From positions 2,792 through 66,791 of the forward strand of contig JAZDHS010000024.1 of NCBI GenBank assembly GCA_043805735.1: 64,000 bases of DNA, given 5' to 3'. The notes under the pieces were generated by a model. It ran no database searches. It was not told the origin of the DNA and saw nothing but the letters and a program-made list of their open reading frames with translations. The DNA comes from Candidatus Omnitrophota bacterium (GTDB lineage Bacteria > Omnitrophota > Gorgyraeia > JAFGHF01). The position numbers were made by a program, and so were the translations under genes. Shown in pieces: positions 1 to 9,694 of this stretch. Each line of letters opens with the position of its first letter. The stretch's first letter is position 1.

Positions 1-211
1 CGGCAAAGCCGGAAAAAGCCGCTGGCTGGGAATTCGTCCCTCGGTAAGGGGAGTGGCAATGAACCCGGTAGACCATCCTCATGGCGGCGGCGAAGGCAAA
101 TCCTCCGGTGGACGCCATCCCGTAAGCCCTTGGGGTAAATCAGCAAAAGGCGCAAAAACCAGAAAACGCAAGAAACATTCCAGTAAATATATTCTTAAGA
201 GGAGGGAGTAA
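1..211 (+). CDS. rplB: 50S ribosomal protein L2, C-terminal part (5'-truncated by window)
   Basis: Frame 2 reads [32 protein letters not shown]...KRRE*, stop at 209-211; not in the ORF track. Confidence 0.98.
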   Translation, partial: GKAGKSRWLGIRPSVRGVAMNPVDHPHGGGEGKSSGGRHPVSPWGKSAKGAKTRKRKKHSSKYILKRRE

Positions 212-217
212 AGCCAG

Positions 218-505
218 ATGAGCCGCTCGTTAAAAAAAGGACCATTTGTTGACGAAAAGCTGTTGAAAAAAATCGAAAAAGGGATGCGCTTGGGCGGCGA
301 AAGAAGGCCAATTAAGACCTGGTCCCGGCGTTCAACCGTTACTCCCGACTTCGTTGGTTTTACATTTTTAGTGCATAACGGCAACAAATTTATGCCGGTA
401 TTTATTACGGAAAATATGGTTGGCCATAAACTGGGCGAGTTTTCCCCAACGCGGTTTTTCCGTAAGCACGGCGGTGTTAGTAAAACATCAATGGATAAAA
501 CTTAA
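218..505 (+). CDS. rpsS: 30S ribosomal protein S19
   Basis: [31 protein letters not shown]; S10 operon order. Confidence 0.99.
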   Translation: MSRSLKKGPFVDEKLLKKIEKGMRLGGERRPIKTWSRRSTVTPDFVGFTFLVHNGNKFMPVFITENMVGHKLGEFSPTRFFRKHGGVSKTSMDKT

Positions 506-535
506 CCCCTTTATAGCAGGTAGGAATTGATTCCC

Positions 536-949
536 ATGATAAAAGTAAAAAGAGAAATAGTAGCAAGGGCCCATGAACGGTATTTGCGCATTTCCCCGCG
601 CAAGGTGCGTTACGTCATCGACTTGATCCGGGGCGAGGCAGTACCCAAGGCAATGGCGATGTTAGGTGTAGTCAATCGAGGCGCTGCCAAGCCGGTACAA
701 AAGGCGTTAAAATCAGTTTTAAGTAACGCCCTGCGTAATCCGACGGTAAAAAGCGATGAACTGATTATCAGTACAATCATGGCTGACTCCGGGCCAATGC
801 TCAAGCGCTTCCGCGCGGCCGCGATGGGCCGGGCAACGTCGATTCGTCATCGCACTACCCATCTCTTCATCGAGCTTTCCCGAATAATTAAAAAAGAGGC
901 AAAACCCGAAACTCAAAAGAAAACGGCAAAAACAAAAACGAGGAAATAG
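536..949 (+). CDS. rplV: 50S ribosomal protein L22 with Lys-rich tail
   Basis: [31 protein letters not shown]; start is ATG 536 or TTG 527. Confidence 0.97.
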   Translation: MIKVKREIVARAHERYLRISPRKVRYVIDLIRGEAVPKAMAMLGVVNRGAAKPVQKALKSVLSNALRNPTVKSDELIISTIMADSGPMLKRFRAAAMGRATSIRHRTTHLFIELSRIIKKEAKPETQKKTAKTKTRK

Positions 950-951
950 AC

Positions 952-1680
952 GTGGGACAAAAAGCGCATCCGTACGGACTAAGATTAGGCTACATTAAAC
1001 CCTGGAAGTCTTCTTGGTTTGCCAAGAAGAAAGAATTTCCGCTCTTACTTAACGAAGACTATAAAATTCGCACTTTAATTAAGAAAAATTTTAGCAATGC
1101 CGGCATTGCGACTATCGTTATTGAACGCGCTTCCGGCCGGGCGCGCATTATCTTACATACCTCCCGCCCGGGTGTAGTGATTGGCCGCCGCGGCGCGGAT
1201 ATTGATCGCCTGCGCGATGAGCTGCAAAGCCTGACCGGGAAAAATATCTTTATTGATATCAAAGAGATTAAATCCCCGGAAACCGAGGCCCAACTGGTCG
1301 CGGAAAATGTCGCCTTCCAGCTGGAAAAACGTGTAGCCTTCAGAAGAGCGATGAAAAAGGCCCTGCAACTGGCTACGGATAACGGCGCCGGCGGGATCAA
1401 GATCAGATGTGCGGGGCGATTAGGCGGAGCAGAAATGTCCAGGACCGAAACCTACCGCACGGGAAAGATTCCTCTACAGACCTTCCGCGCGGATATTGAC
1501 TACGGTTTCGCCGAGGCCCGTACTACCTATGGCGCTATTGGCGTCAAGGTCTGGATTTATAAAGGCTATGTCGGCATCATCAAGAAAGAAAAAGCAGCAC
1601 CAACCGAAGAAACGCAACAATCACTGCAAACACAAGGAATAAAAGATGGTACTAATGCCCAAGAGGGTCAAGTATCGTAA
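952..1680 (+). CDS. rpsC: 30S ribosomal protein S3
   Basis: [35 protein letters not shown]. Confidence 0.99.
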   Translation: MGQKAHPYGLRLGYIKPWKSSWFAKKKEFPLLLNEDYKIRTLIKKNFSNAGIATIVIERASGRARIILHTSRPGVVIGRRGADIDRLRDELQSLTGKNIFIDIKEIKSPETEAQLVAENVAFQLEKRVAFRRAMKKALQLATDNGAGGIKIRCAGRLGGAEMSRTETYRTGKIPLQTFRADIDYGFAEARTTYGAIGVKVWIYKGYVGIIKKEKAAPTEETQQSLQTQGIKDGTNAQEGQVS

Positions 1681-2065
1681 AAGCCAAAGAGGCAAACGCC
1701 GCGGCATCAGCTTTAAAGGCTCGACAATCTCTTTCGGGGAATACGGACTGCAGGCACTGGAAAATGCCTGGCTGACCAACATTCAAATTGAAGCCGCTCG
1801 AGTGGCTATTACCAGACATTTAGCTGAAGCCGGGAAAATGTATATCCGCGTTTACCCGGATAAATCGGTAACCAAGAAACCCGCAGAAACCAGAATGGGT
1901 AAAGGTAAGGGCATGCCCGAGCAATGGGTAGCTGTAGTCAAGCGCGGAAAAATATTGTTTGAGCTCGAAGGTGTCCATGAAGACTTAGCGCGCGAGGCCT
2001 TCCGCCTGGGGACCCATAAACTGCCGTTTCGCACTAAATTTATCACCCGGAGGAAGTACGCATGA
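1646..2065 (+). CDS. rplP: 50S ribosomal protein L16
   Basis: [22 protein letters not shown]. Confidence 0.99.
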   Translation: MVLMPKRVKYRKSQRGKRRGISFKGSTISFGEYGLQALENAWLTNIQIEAARVAITRHLAEAGKMYIRVYPDKSVTKKPAETRMGKGKGMPEQWVAVVKRGKILFELEGVHEDLAREAFRLGTHKLPFRTKFITRRKYA

Positions 2066-2274
2066 AGGCAAAGGAAGTCAGGGAGCTGCCCAAAGAAGAG
2101 CTCGAACAAAAAATACTTACGCTTAAAGAAGAACTGTTTCATTTACGTTATCAGTCCAAAACCGGCAGGCTGGAAAAACCGAGCAGAATTCGCGCGGTAA
2201 AAAGGGATATTGCCAGAATAAACACTATTATTAGGGAAAGCAAAAATGCAAACACGCAAAATACGAAAAACTAG
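2062..2274 (+). CDS. rpmC: 50S ribosomal protein L29
   Basis: [17 protein letters not shown]; operon position. Confidence 0.98.
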   Translation: MKAKEVRELPKEELEQKILTLKEELFHLRYQSKTGRLEKPSRIRAVKRDIARINTIIRESKNANTQNTKN

Positions 2275-2494
2275 AATCGGTATTGTAGTGAGTAACAAGA
2301 TGCAAAAAACCATAGTGGTTAGAGTGGACCGCCTGGCTAAACACCCCCGCTATGGCCGGGTCATGGCTCAGGCCAGTAAGTTTAAAGTACACGATGAGCA
2401 AAATCAGGCTAAGGTAGGCAATAAAGTCCTGATCTGCGAAACAAGACCTCTTTCTAAAGATAAGAGGTGGCGACTGGTGGAGATCTTAAAATGA
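2246..2494 (+). CDS. rpsQ: 30S ribosomal protein S17
   Basis: [27 protein letters not shown]. Confidence 0.99.
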   Translation: MQTRKIRKTRIGIVVSNKMQKTIVVRVDRLAKHPRYGRVMAQASKFKVHDEQNQAKVGNKVLICETRPLSKDKRWRLVEILK

Positions 2495-2859
2495 TACAGA
2501 TGCGCACAATATTGGAAGTAGCCGATAACACCGGGGCAAAACGCGCCTCCTGCATTGGCGTGATTGGCCGGTCGGGAAAACTTTACGCCGACATCGGCGA
2601 CATCATCAGCTGCAATATCAAGGAGTCTACGCCTGAGGCCACGGTTAAAAAAGGCGAGGTGGCCCACGCGGTAATTGTGCGCACCACCGTGCCGATTCGC
2701 CGCCCGGACGGTTCATTCCTGCGCTTTGACCATAATGCCTGCGTGATTATCGATGACCAGCAGGAACCTAAAGGCACGCGTATTTTCGGCCCCGTGGCCA
2801 GAGAATTGCGCGACCGCAATTTTATGAAAATTATTTCTTTAGCGCCCGAGGTTATCTAA
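2491..2859 (+). CDS. rplN: 50S ribosomal protein L14
   Basis: [36 protein letters not shown]. Confidence 0.99.
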   Translation: MIQMRTILEVADNTGAKRASCIGVIGRSGKLYADIGDIISCNIKESTPEATVKKGEVAHAVIVRTTVPIRRPDGSFLRFDHNACVIIDDQQEPKGTRIFGPVARELRDRNFMKIISLAPEVI

Positions 2860-2860
2860 C

Positions 2861-3175
2861 ATGTTTAAAATTAGAAAGAATGATATCGTAATGTGTATGG
2901 CCGGTAAAGACCGGGGTAAGAAAGGTAAAGTATTAGGAGTATTGACCGATCGCAATAAGGCCGTAGTCGAGGGGATTAATTTCATCAAAAAACATGCTCG
3001 CAAAACCCGCGAAGACCAGCAAGGCGGCATTGTCCAGCGCGAGGCCCCGGTCGGCCTATCAAAACTCATGCTTATCTGCTCGAAGTGCAATAAGCCCGTT
3101 CGGGCGGGTTTTAGTTTACTCAAAGACGGTTCAAAAGTACGAATCTGCAGAAAATGCAAAGAGGTTATCGGCTAA
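2861..3175 (+). CDS. rplX: 50S ribosomal protein L24
   Basis: KOW motif GKDRGKKGKV, VVEGIN, GGIVQREAP. Confidence 0.98.
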   Translation: MFKIRKNDIVMCMAGKDRGKKGKVLGVLTDRNKAVVEGINFIKKHARKTREDQQGGIVQREAPVGLSKLMLICSKCNKPVRAGFSLLKDGSKVRICRKCKEVIG

Positions 3176-3720
3176 TGGTACCCAGGTTACTGGAAAAATA
3201 CAGGAAAGAAATAGTGCCGGATATACAGCAGCGCTTCGCGCTGAAGAATAAATTACAGGTTCCCCACTTGGAAAAGATTGTAGTTAATATGGGGGTGGGA
3301 TTGGCCGCTCATGAAAGTAAGCTTCTGGAGCAGGCTAGCGCTGAGTTAGCTTTAATTACCGGGCAAAAACCGCTGATTACTAAAGCCCATAAGGCAATTT
3401 CGAATTTTAAAATCAGGATCGGCTCAACCGTCGGCTGTAAAGTTACTCTGCACGGCGCAAAAATGTATGAATTTTTTGACCGCCTGGTTAATATTGCCTT
3501 ACCGCGTATTAAGGACTTCCGCGGCTTCGCGAGCAATGCCTTTGATAAAGACGGCAACTATTCCCTGGGCCTGCGCGAGCAGACCATGTTCCCGGAAATC
3601 GACATCGACAAAGTGCAAAAAATTCAGGGGATGGATGTTACTTTTGTGATTAGTGGCAAAAACAAGAAATTGTCGCTGGAACTTTTACGCGCCTTTAATT
3701 TTCCCTTCAAACAGGAATAA
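3175..3720 (+). CDS. rplE: 50S ribosomal protein L5
   Basis: EKIVVNMGVG, ALPRIKDFRG, FPEID; ATG overlaps the rplX stop. Confidence 0.99.
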   Translation: MVPRLLEKYRKEIVPDIQQRFALKNKLQVPHLEKIVVNMGVGLAAHESKLLEQASAELALITGQKPLITKAHKAISNFKIRIGSTVGCKVTLHGAKMYEFFDRLVNIALPRIKDFRGFASNAFDKDGNYSLGLREQTMFPEIDIDKVQKIQGMDVTFVISGKNKKLSLELLRAFNFPFKQE

Positions 3721-3739
3721 GTGAAAAGGTCTTCTTAAC

Positions 3740-3925
3740 ATGGCAAAAAAATCACTGATCGCAAAAGCATTACGCACACCAAAGTTTAAAGTACGTAAAT
3801 ACACCCGCTGCAAAGTCTGCGGCCGCCGCCGTGGCTATATGCGCCGTTTCGGAGTATGCAGGATCTGCTTCCGCGAAATGGCCTTACGCGGCGACATCCC
3901 CGGCGTGACTAAGGCAAGCTGGTAA
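3740..3925 (+). CDS. rpsN: 30S ribosomal protein S14, zinc-binding type Z
   Basis: 61 aa, CKVC...[14 protein letters not shown]. Confidence 0.99.
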   Translation: MAKKSLIAKALRTPKFKVRKYTRCKVCGRRRGYMRRFGVCRICFREMALRGDIPGVTKASW

Positions 3926-4050
3926 ATGAAGCCCAGACTTACGGAGCCGCCGCAAAGCGGCAGGCGAACGTAAGTCTGAGGCTGAATTTATCCCGCCGAG
4001 TGTGCCAAAATTGTCGAAGATAATTTTGGCACATCATACGAGGCGGGATA
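3923..4050. repeat. Two adjacent long imperfect palindromes (REP-like) between rpsN and rpsH
   Basis: Arms cagacttacg/cgtaagtctg, tatcccgcc/ggcgggata and tgtgccaaaatt/aattttggcaca. Confidence 0.85.
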
Positions 4051-4066
4051 CACAAGGAGTGAAGCA

Positions 4067-4462
4067 ATGAACGTCGATCCTTTGGCAGATATGTTTACGG
4101 TTATCCGCAACGCCAGCCGGGCAAAAAAGGAAAAGGCTGAAATTCCATCTTCAAAATTAAAGCTGGGAATTTTAGAACTGTTGAAAAAAGAAGGCTACAT
4201 CAAAAATTACAAGTTTATAAGTGACAACAAACAGGGAGTGGTGCGGGTGTATTTGAAATACAAAAAAGATAACGCCCCAGTGATCACACAGATTAAACGC
4301 ATTTCCACACCCGGCCGGCGGGTCTATGTACCCAAGGACAAGGTCCCTAAGGTACTGCGCGGATGGGGTATGGCAATAGTGTCCACCTCCCAGGGAGTGC
4401 TTAGCGATGAACAAACGCGCGCACAAGGGTTGGGCGGAGAAGTACTTTGCCACGTATGGTAA
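4067..4462 (+). CDS. rpsH: 30S ribosomal protein S8
   Basis: DPLADMFTVIRNA, RISTPGRRVY, GGEVLCHVW. Confidence 0.99.
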   Translation: MNVDPLADMFTVIRNASRAKKEKAEIPSSKLKLGILELLKKEGYIKNYKFISDNKQGVVRVYLKYKKDNAPVITQIKRISTPGRRVYVPKDKVPKVLRGWGMAIVSTSQGVLSDEQTRAQGLGGEVLCHVW

Positions 4463-4474
4463 ATGATAAGTTGT

Positions 4475-4624
4475 ACCCCTCGCATAACCGCTTCCCCCAT
4501 CATATTAGGGAGAGAGGGGATGCGCATGCTTCGGGGTTAATTCGCACAAACTAACGGAGAATAACTGAAGAAGAACAATTTACGTATCGAGTGTAGGCAA
4601 GGACGTAAATTGTGTGCTCATTAA
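4475..4624. repeat. Two palindromic elements between rpsH and rplF; the second (4537-4624) is shared with the HU leader
   Basis: acccc-tc-gcat...atgc-ttc-ggggt, then ttaat-tc-gcac...acaatttacgt/acgtaaattgt...gtgc-tc-attaa. Confidence 0.85.
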
Positions 4625-4634
4625 GGAGCAAACA

Positions 4635-5171
4635 ATGTCGCGAGTAGGTAGAAAACCAATTCCGGTTCCCGAAAATACAAAAGTAGAAATTAAAGACGGC
4701 ACGATTAGTGTAACAGGGCCCAAGGGGCTCTTACAAAGAAAGTTCCACTACCGCATGGCGGTAGAGCTAAAAGACAATACGATTATCGTCAAACGGCCGA
4801 CGGATACGGCTCAAGACCGGGCTCTTCATGGCCTGACGCGCAATCTTATTGCCAATATGGTCATCGGGGTCAATGACGGTTTTAGCAAAGAATTGGAAAT
4901 CCAGGGTATGGGATTCCGCGCCGTAGCTACCGGCAAAACTCTAAATATGCAATTGGGTTTTACCCATCCGATCGACTTTGCGATCCCTGAGGACATTACC
5001 ATTGAGACACCAAAACCGACCCAGATATTCGTTAAGGGCACGGATAAGGAAAAGGTTGGTTTAATCGCGGCAAATATACGCTCTTTTTATCCTCCGGAGC
5101 CTTATAAGGGCCGGGGAATCAGATATAAAGATGAATATGTAAGACGTAAAGTCGGTAAGGCTGTGGCATAA
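4635..5171 (+). CDS. rplF: 50S ribosomal protein L6
   Basis: MSRVGRKPI, PPEPYKGRGIRY; SD aaggag at 4623. Confidence 0.99.
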   Translation: MSRVGRKPIPVPENTKVEIKDGTISVTGPKGLLQRKFHYRMAVELKDNTIIVKRPTDTAQDRALHGLTRNLIANMVIGVNDGFSKELEIQGMGFRAVATGKTLNMQLGFTHPIDFAIPEDITIETPKPTQIFVKGTDKEKVGLIAANIRSFYPPEPYKGRGIRYKDEYVRRKVGKAVA

Positions 5172-5199
5172 GACCCCAGCTTAAAGGAATGCTGGGTCT
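5171..5199. repeat. AGACCC hairpin repeat, copy 1
   Basis: agaccccagcttaaaggaatgctgggtct; exact reverse complement of 51214-51242. Confidence 0.9.
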
Positions 5200-5215
5200 A
5201 TCCTGAAGGATAACC

Positions 5216-5575
5216 ATGAAAAACAAACACGAAAAAAGAATTAGAAGACACAACCGCATTCGTAAAAAGTTATTCGGAACACCGGCGAAACCCAGGCTCT
5301 GTGTTTACCGGGGGTTGGCCAACCTGCACGCGCAACTTATTGACGACGAAAACCAGAAGACCATCTTAAGCGTTTCAACGTCGACAAAGGATTTCCGGAA
5401 AAAGGGTATCTACGGAGGTAACGCCAAGGCGGCCGAATTACTGGGTGTAATGGTTGCCGAACAAGCCAAAAGTAAAGGTATTCAGGAAGTTATTTTTGAC
5501 CGTGCCGGCTTTGTCTATCACGGCCGAATTAAGGCCTTAGCCGAAGCGGCGCGCAAAAATGGTCTTAAGTTTTAG
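5216..5575 (+). CDS. rplR: 50S ribosomal protein L18
   Basis: [35 protein letters not shown]. Confidence 0.99.
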   Translation: MKNKHEKRIRRHNRIRKKLFGTPAKPRLCVYRGLANLHAQLIDDENQKTILSVSTSTKDFRKKGIYGGNAKAAELLGVMVAEQAKSKGIQEVIFDRAGFVYHGRIKALAEAARKNGLKF

Positions 5576-5589
5576 AAAGGGGAACCGCA

Positions 5590-6135
5590 TTGGCGTATGA
5601 CAATAGAGGAACTCAAGCAAGAAAAGGCCAGGAACAGTCCGAATTGCTGGAAAAAGTAATTTCGGTTAACCGGACCGCAAAGGTAGTCAAGGGAGGCCGG
5701 CATTTCTCCTTTAGCGCCCTGGTGGTAGTCGGCAACGCCCAAGGTAAAATGGGCTATGGTCTTGGCAAAGCGCGGGAAGTTGCTGAGGCAATTCGTAAAG
5801 GGTTAAATGCGGCAAAGAAAGAAATGTTCACCATCCCCTTACACGGTAGTACGATCCCGCACGAAGTGGTGGGAAAATTTGGCGCCGCCCGGGTGCTGCT
5901 GAAACCGGCAAATAAAGGCACCGGTGTAATTGCCGGCGGCGCGGTAAGAGCTATTTGCGAAGTAGTCGGTATTCAAGATATTCTCACCAAAAGCCTGCGC
6001 TCGGATAACGCGGTAAACGTCACTCGTGCTTGTATTGAGGGCTTAAGCCGCTTTAAAACAGAAAGAACAGCTCCAGCTTCAGAGGAAGATATCGACAGTA
6101 AAGACGAAGAGGAAACTGCTGATGAGACTGCATAA
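5590..6135 (+). CDS. rpsE: 30S ribosomal protein S5 with acidic tail
   Basis: [30 protein letters not shown]; TTG start. Confidence 0.99.
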   Translation: MAYDNRGTQARKGQEQSELLEKVISVNRTAKVVKGGRHFSFSALVVVGNAQGKMGYGLGKAREVAEAIRKGLNAAKKEMFTIPLHGSTIPHEVVGKFGAARVLLKPANKGTGVIAGGAVRAICEVVGIQDILTKSLRSDNAVNVTRACIEGLSRFKTERTAPASEEDIDSKDEEETADETA

Positions 6136-6571
6136 CATTGGCGCTCCGTGGGGGGCAAATAAAAGAAAAAAACGTGTAGGCAGAGGAATTGGCTGCCATG
6201 GTAAAACTTCCGGCCGCGGCCATAAGGGTCAAAAGGCACGTACGGGAAGAAAACTTAAGCCGGGTTTTGAAGGCGGACAAATGCCTTTATCGCGGCGCTT
6301 ACCCAAGGTAGGATTTACCAACCCCTTTAAAGTTCCCTACCAAATAATCAATGTGGAAAATTTAAATACCTTCAAAAAAGATTCCACGGTGACACTGCAA
6401 ATGCTCAAAGACGAGGGGCTGATCAAGAACACGCGATTCCCGGTGAAAATACTGGGTGACGGAAAGATCGCAAAATCTTTAAACGTCCAGGCCCACAAGG
6501 CCTCTAAACAAGCTCTAGAAAAAATCGAAAAAGCAGGCGGAAAAATCGAACTGCTTAACATAGACGCATAA
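6122..6571 (+). CDS. rplO: 50S ribosomal protein L15
   Basis: [30 protein letters not shown]. Confidence 0.99.
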   Translation: MRLHNIGAPWGANKRKKRVGRGIGCHGKTSGRGHKGQKARTGRKLKPGFEGGQMPLSRRLPKVGFTNPFKVPYQIINVENLNTFKKDSTVTLQMLKDEGLIKNTRFPVKILGDGKIAKSLNVQAHKASKQALEKIEKAGGKIELLNIDA

Positions 6572-6573
6572 CT

Positions 6574-7905
6574 ATGCTGCAGGCATTTGGCAATATTTTT
6601 CGTATTCCCGATTTAAGAAAAAAGATGCTCTTTACCCTGGGCCTTTTTGCCGTATACCGTCTGGGCGCCTTTATTCCCACTCCGGGTATCGACAGTGCCC
6701 GCCTAGCCCAGTTTTTTGACAACATCGCCAAATCGCAAGGTGGAACGCTCTTTGGCATCATGAATATGTTCAGCGGCGGGGCGATGCAGCGGTTAACCGT
6801 ATTCGCCTTAGGGATTATGCCCTATATTTCCGCTTCGATTATCTTACAGTTGCTCACCACGGTGATTCCTTTTCTGGAAAAAATGAGCAAGGAAGGCGAG
6901 GCCGGGCGCAAAAAAATCATTCAATACACGCGTTATGGCACTATCGCCTTGGCGGTCATCCAGTCGTTTTTCATCAGTTTATGGTTGGAAAATCCGGCTC
7001 ATTTTCAGGGCGTGCAAATAGTGCAGTTTATGGGCTGGCCTTTTAGACTCTTAACCGTGCTGACACTTACCACCGGCACGGCATTTATTATGTGGCTAGG
7101 CGAACAAATTCAGGAATTCGGGATTGGTAACGGCATATCTTTGATTATTACGATTGGTATTGTTTCGCGCGTGCCTTCGGCTCTTTATCAATTAGGGTTT
7201 TATTTGCGTAAAGGCCAAATGCAGCCGTTTGTTTTACTGTTGTTGGCAGTATTAATGGTGGCCGTTGTCTTGTCGGTAATTATGATTACCCAGGGGCAGC
7301 GCCGGATTCCCGTGCAATACGCCCGCCGGATCATCGGCCGTAAGGTCTATGGCGGCCAAAGCACCTATATCCCCTTAAGAGTGAATCACGCCGGGGTAAT
7401 CCCGATCATCTTTGCGCAGTCAATAATCTTATTCCCGGCGACCTTAGCCGGCTTAATGCCCAGTTCGCTGTTACAAAATCTGGCTACTTCGCTTACGGAG
7501 GGGGGCCTGCTCTATTTAATTTTATACACGGCCCTGATCGTTTTCTTTACCTATTTTTATACCGCCGTAACCTTTAACCCTATTGATGTGGCCGAAAACA
7601 TGCGTAAATACGGCGGCTTTGTCCCGGGTATCCGGCCGGGTAAACCAACAGCGCAATACTTTGATTTTATTTTAACCCGGATAACACTGCCCGGTGCCGT
7701 ATTTTTAGCTTTTATTGCCGTGTCGCCGCAAATGATCAGCGCCTGGCTTAAGATTCCTTATTTAATCGCGAGCTTCTTCGGCGGTACGGGACTGTTGATT
7801 ATCGTCGGTGTGATGCTCGATACCATTCGCCAAATAGAATCACACCTTTTGATGCGGCATTACGAAGGATTTATGAAAAAGGGAAGAATAAGAGGCCGGC
7901 GCTAA
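6574..7905 (+). CDS. secY: Preprotein translocase subunit SecY
   Basis: ALGIMPYISASII, GIGNGISLII, AGVIPIIFA, PGIRPG. Confidence 0.99.
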   Translation: MLQAFGNIFRIPDLRKKMLFTLGLFAVYRLGAFIPTPGIDSARLAQFFDNIAKSQGGTLFGIMNMFSGGAMQRLTVFALGIMPYISASIILQLLTTVIPFLEKMSKEGEAGRKKIIQYTRYGTIALAVIQSFFISLWLENPAHFQGVQIVQFMGWPFRLLTVLTLTTGTAFIMWLGEQIQEFGIGNGISLIITIGIVSRVPSALYQLGFYLRKGQMQPFVLLLLAVLMVAVVLSVIMITQGQRRIPVQYARRIIGRKVYGGQSTYIPLRVNHAGVIPIIFAQSIILFPATLAGLMPSSLLQNLATSLTEGGLLYLILYTALIVFFTYFYTAVTFNPIDVAENMRKYGGFVPGIRPGKPTAQYFDFILTRITLPGAVFLAFIAVSPQMISAWLKIPYLIASFFGGTGLLIIVGVMLDTIRQIESHLLMRHYEGFMKKGRIRGRR

Positions 7906-7906
7906 A

Positions 7907-8578
7907 ATGCGGCTGATTCTTTTAGGACCGCCCGGAGCAGGAAAAGGCACTCAAGCCAAATTGCTCTTTGAAAAATTTAAGCTTCCCCATATTTCTACGG
8001 GTGATATCCTGCGCGATGAGATGCGCGAACAATCGCCCTTGGGGATAAAAGTAGCGGCCTACGTCAAAAGCGGCGAATTGGTTCCCGACGCCATAGTGGT
8101 CGAGGTGGTGGCCAAAAGGTTAATTAAAAGCGACGCCCGGACCGGCTTTATTTTGGACGGTTTTCCGCGTACGGTAAATCAGGCCGAGGCCTTAGCCCAG
8201 AGTTTAAAAAAACAGTGCGCACCGATTGATTTGGTGCTTTATTTCGCCACAATCCCGGCCACCTGTGTTAAACGTCTTTGCGAAAGGCGGATTTGCGAAA
8301 AATGCGGGGCAATTTTTCACCTGACCAATATGCCGCCCAAGATCCCAGGAATTTGCGACCATTGCGGCGCGGAACTCTACTTAAGAGATGACGACCGGCT
8401 CGAAACTGTGCAAAAACGCCTGGAGGTATACCAAAATCAAACCGCTAGCCTTATTGAGTATTACAAAAAACAGGGGATCTTGCGCGAGGTTAGCGGTGAC
8501 CTGGAAGCCAAAGAACTATTTGTGCGACTTTTGGAGCTGTTTGGGCAAGAAAAACTGATCACCCCTGTAACGAAATGA
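7907..8578 (+). CDS. adk: Adenylate kinase with zinc lid
   Basis: GPPGAGKGTQA, LDGFPR, CEKC...CDHC. Confidence 0.99.
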   Translation: MRLILLGPPGAGKGTQAKLLFEKFKLPHISTGDILRDEMREQSPLGIKVAAYVKSGELVPDAIVVEVVAKRLIKSDARTGFILDGFPRTVNQAEALAQSLKKQCAPIDLVLYFATIPATCVKRLCERRICEKCGAIFHLTNMPPKIPGICDHCGAELYLRDDDRLETVQKRLEVYQNQTASLIEYYKKQGILREVSGDLEAKELFVRLLELFGQEKLITPVTK

Positions 8579-9324
8579 TCGCAATCAGGACCAAAGAAGA
8601 GATTGCCAATATACGACATGCCTGCCAAATAGCGGCAAAAATACTCCGGCAGCTGGGGGAATACTTACATCCGGGAATTTCCACAGCCGAGGTTGATCGT
8701 AAAGCCGCGGAACTGCTCCAGGGCTACGGAACAGAATCGGCCTTTAAGGGATACGGTGGGTTTCCCGCCAATATTTGCACCTCGATAAACGAAGAAGTGG
8801 TACACGGTATTCCGGGTAAACGCATCTTAGAAGACGGCGATATTATTGGTTTAGATGTGGGCACAAAGATTAATGGGTACTTCGGCGATGTTGCCTGCAC
8901 TATTGGTGTGGGTGAGATTTCTCAACAAGCCGAAAAGCTCTTACGGGTTACCGAAGAGTCTTTATATAAAGGTATAGCCCTGGCCCTCCCGGGAAATCAC
9001 CTTTTTGATATTTCTAACGCGATACAAAAATATGCGGAATCATTTAACTTCGCAGTAGTACGTAAGTTTGTCGGGCATGGAATCGGCAGCAAGCTCCACG
9101 AGGAGCCCGAGATTCCCAACTTTGGCAAGGCCGGCATAGGGCCAATTTTGAAGGCGGGTATGGTTCTGGCCATCGAGCCGATGGTTAACGAAGGAACCTT
9201 TGATATCGAGATTTTGCCCGACCAGTGGACCGCAGTCACTAAAGACCGGCGGCTTTCGGCCCACTTTGAACATACGATTTGTATTACTGAACAAGGACCG
9301 TTAATTCTTACGACTTGGGAGTAG
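8575..9324 (+). CDS. map: Methionine aminopeptidase type I
   Basis: CTSINEEVVHGIP, GHGIG, AIEPMV, SAHFEHT. Confidence 0.99.
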   Translation: MIAIRTKEEIANIRHACQIAAKILRQLGEYLHPGISTAEVDRKAAELLQGYGTESAFKGYGGFPANICTSINEEVVHGIPGKRILEDGDIIGLDVGTKINGYFGDVACTIGVGEISQQAEKLLRVTEESLYKGIALALPGNHLFDISNAIQKYAESFNFAVVRKFVGHGIGSKLHEEPEIPNFGKAGIGPILKAGMVLAIEPMVNEGTFDIEILPDQWTAVTKDRRLSAHFEHTICITEQGPLILTTWE

Positions 9325-9327
9325 ATA

Positions 9328-9546
9328 ATGGCTAAAGAAGAACCGCTGCAAGTGGAAGGTACGGTTACCGAGTCCCTGCCCAATGCCACGTTTCGCGTGG
9401 AATTAGAAAACGGGCATAAAATTTTAGCACATATTTCCGGTAAGATGAGAATGAATTTTATTAGGATCTTACCTGGAGATAAGGTAACTGTAGAAATGTC
9501 CCCTTATGATTTAAGTAAAGGGCGCATTACCTACCGTAGTAAATAA
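9328..9546 (+). CDS. infA: Translation initiation factor IF-1
   Basis: [28 protein letters not shown]. Confidence 0.99.
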   Translation: MAKEEPLQVEGTVTESLPNATFRVELENGHKILAHISGKMRMNFIRILPGDKVTVEMSPYDLSKGRITYRSK

Positions 9547-9574
9547 TAGTTTATAGAAAAAGAGGATCAAGCTC

Positions 9575-9688
9575 ATGAAAGTACGCTCGTCCATAAAAAA
9601 GATTTGCGAAAAATGTAAAATTGTCAAGCGCGTGGGAATCTTACGCGTTATTTGCTCAAACCCCAAGCATAAACAAAGACAAGGATAA
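9575..9688 (+). CDS. rpmJ: 50S ribosomal protein L36
   Basis: Read manually: [37 protein letters not shown]; below the ORF-track cutoff. Confidence 0.99.
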   Translation: MKVRSSIKKICEKCKIVKRVGILRVICSNPKHKQRQG

Positions 9689-9694
9689 CTACAT

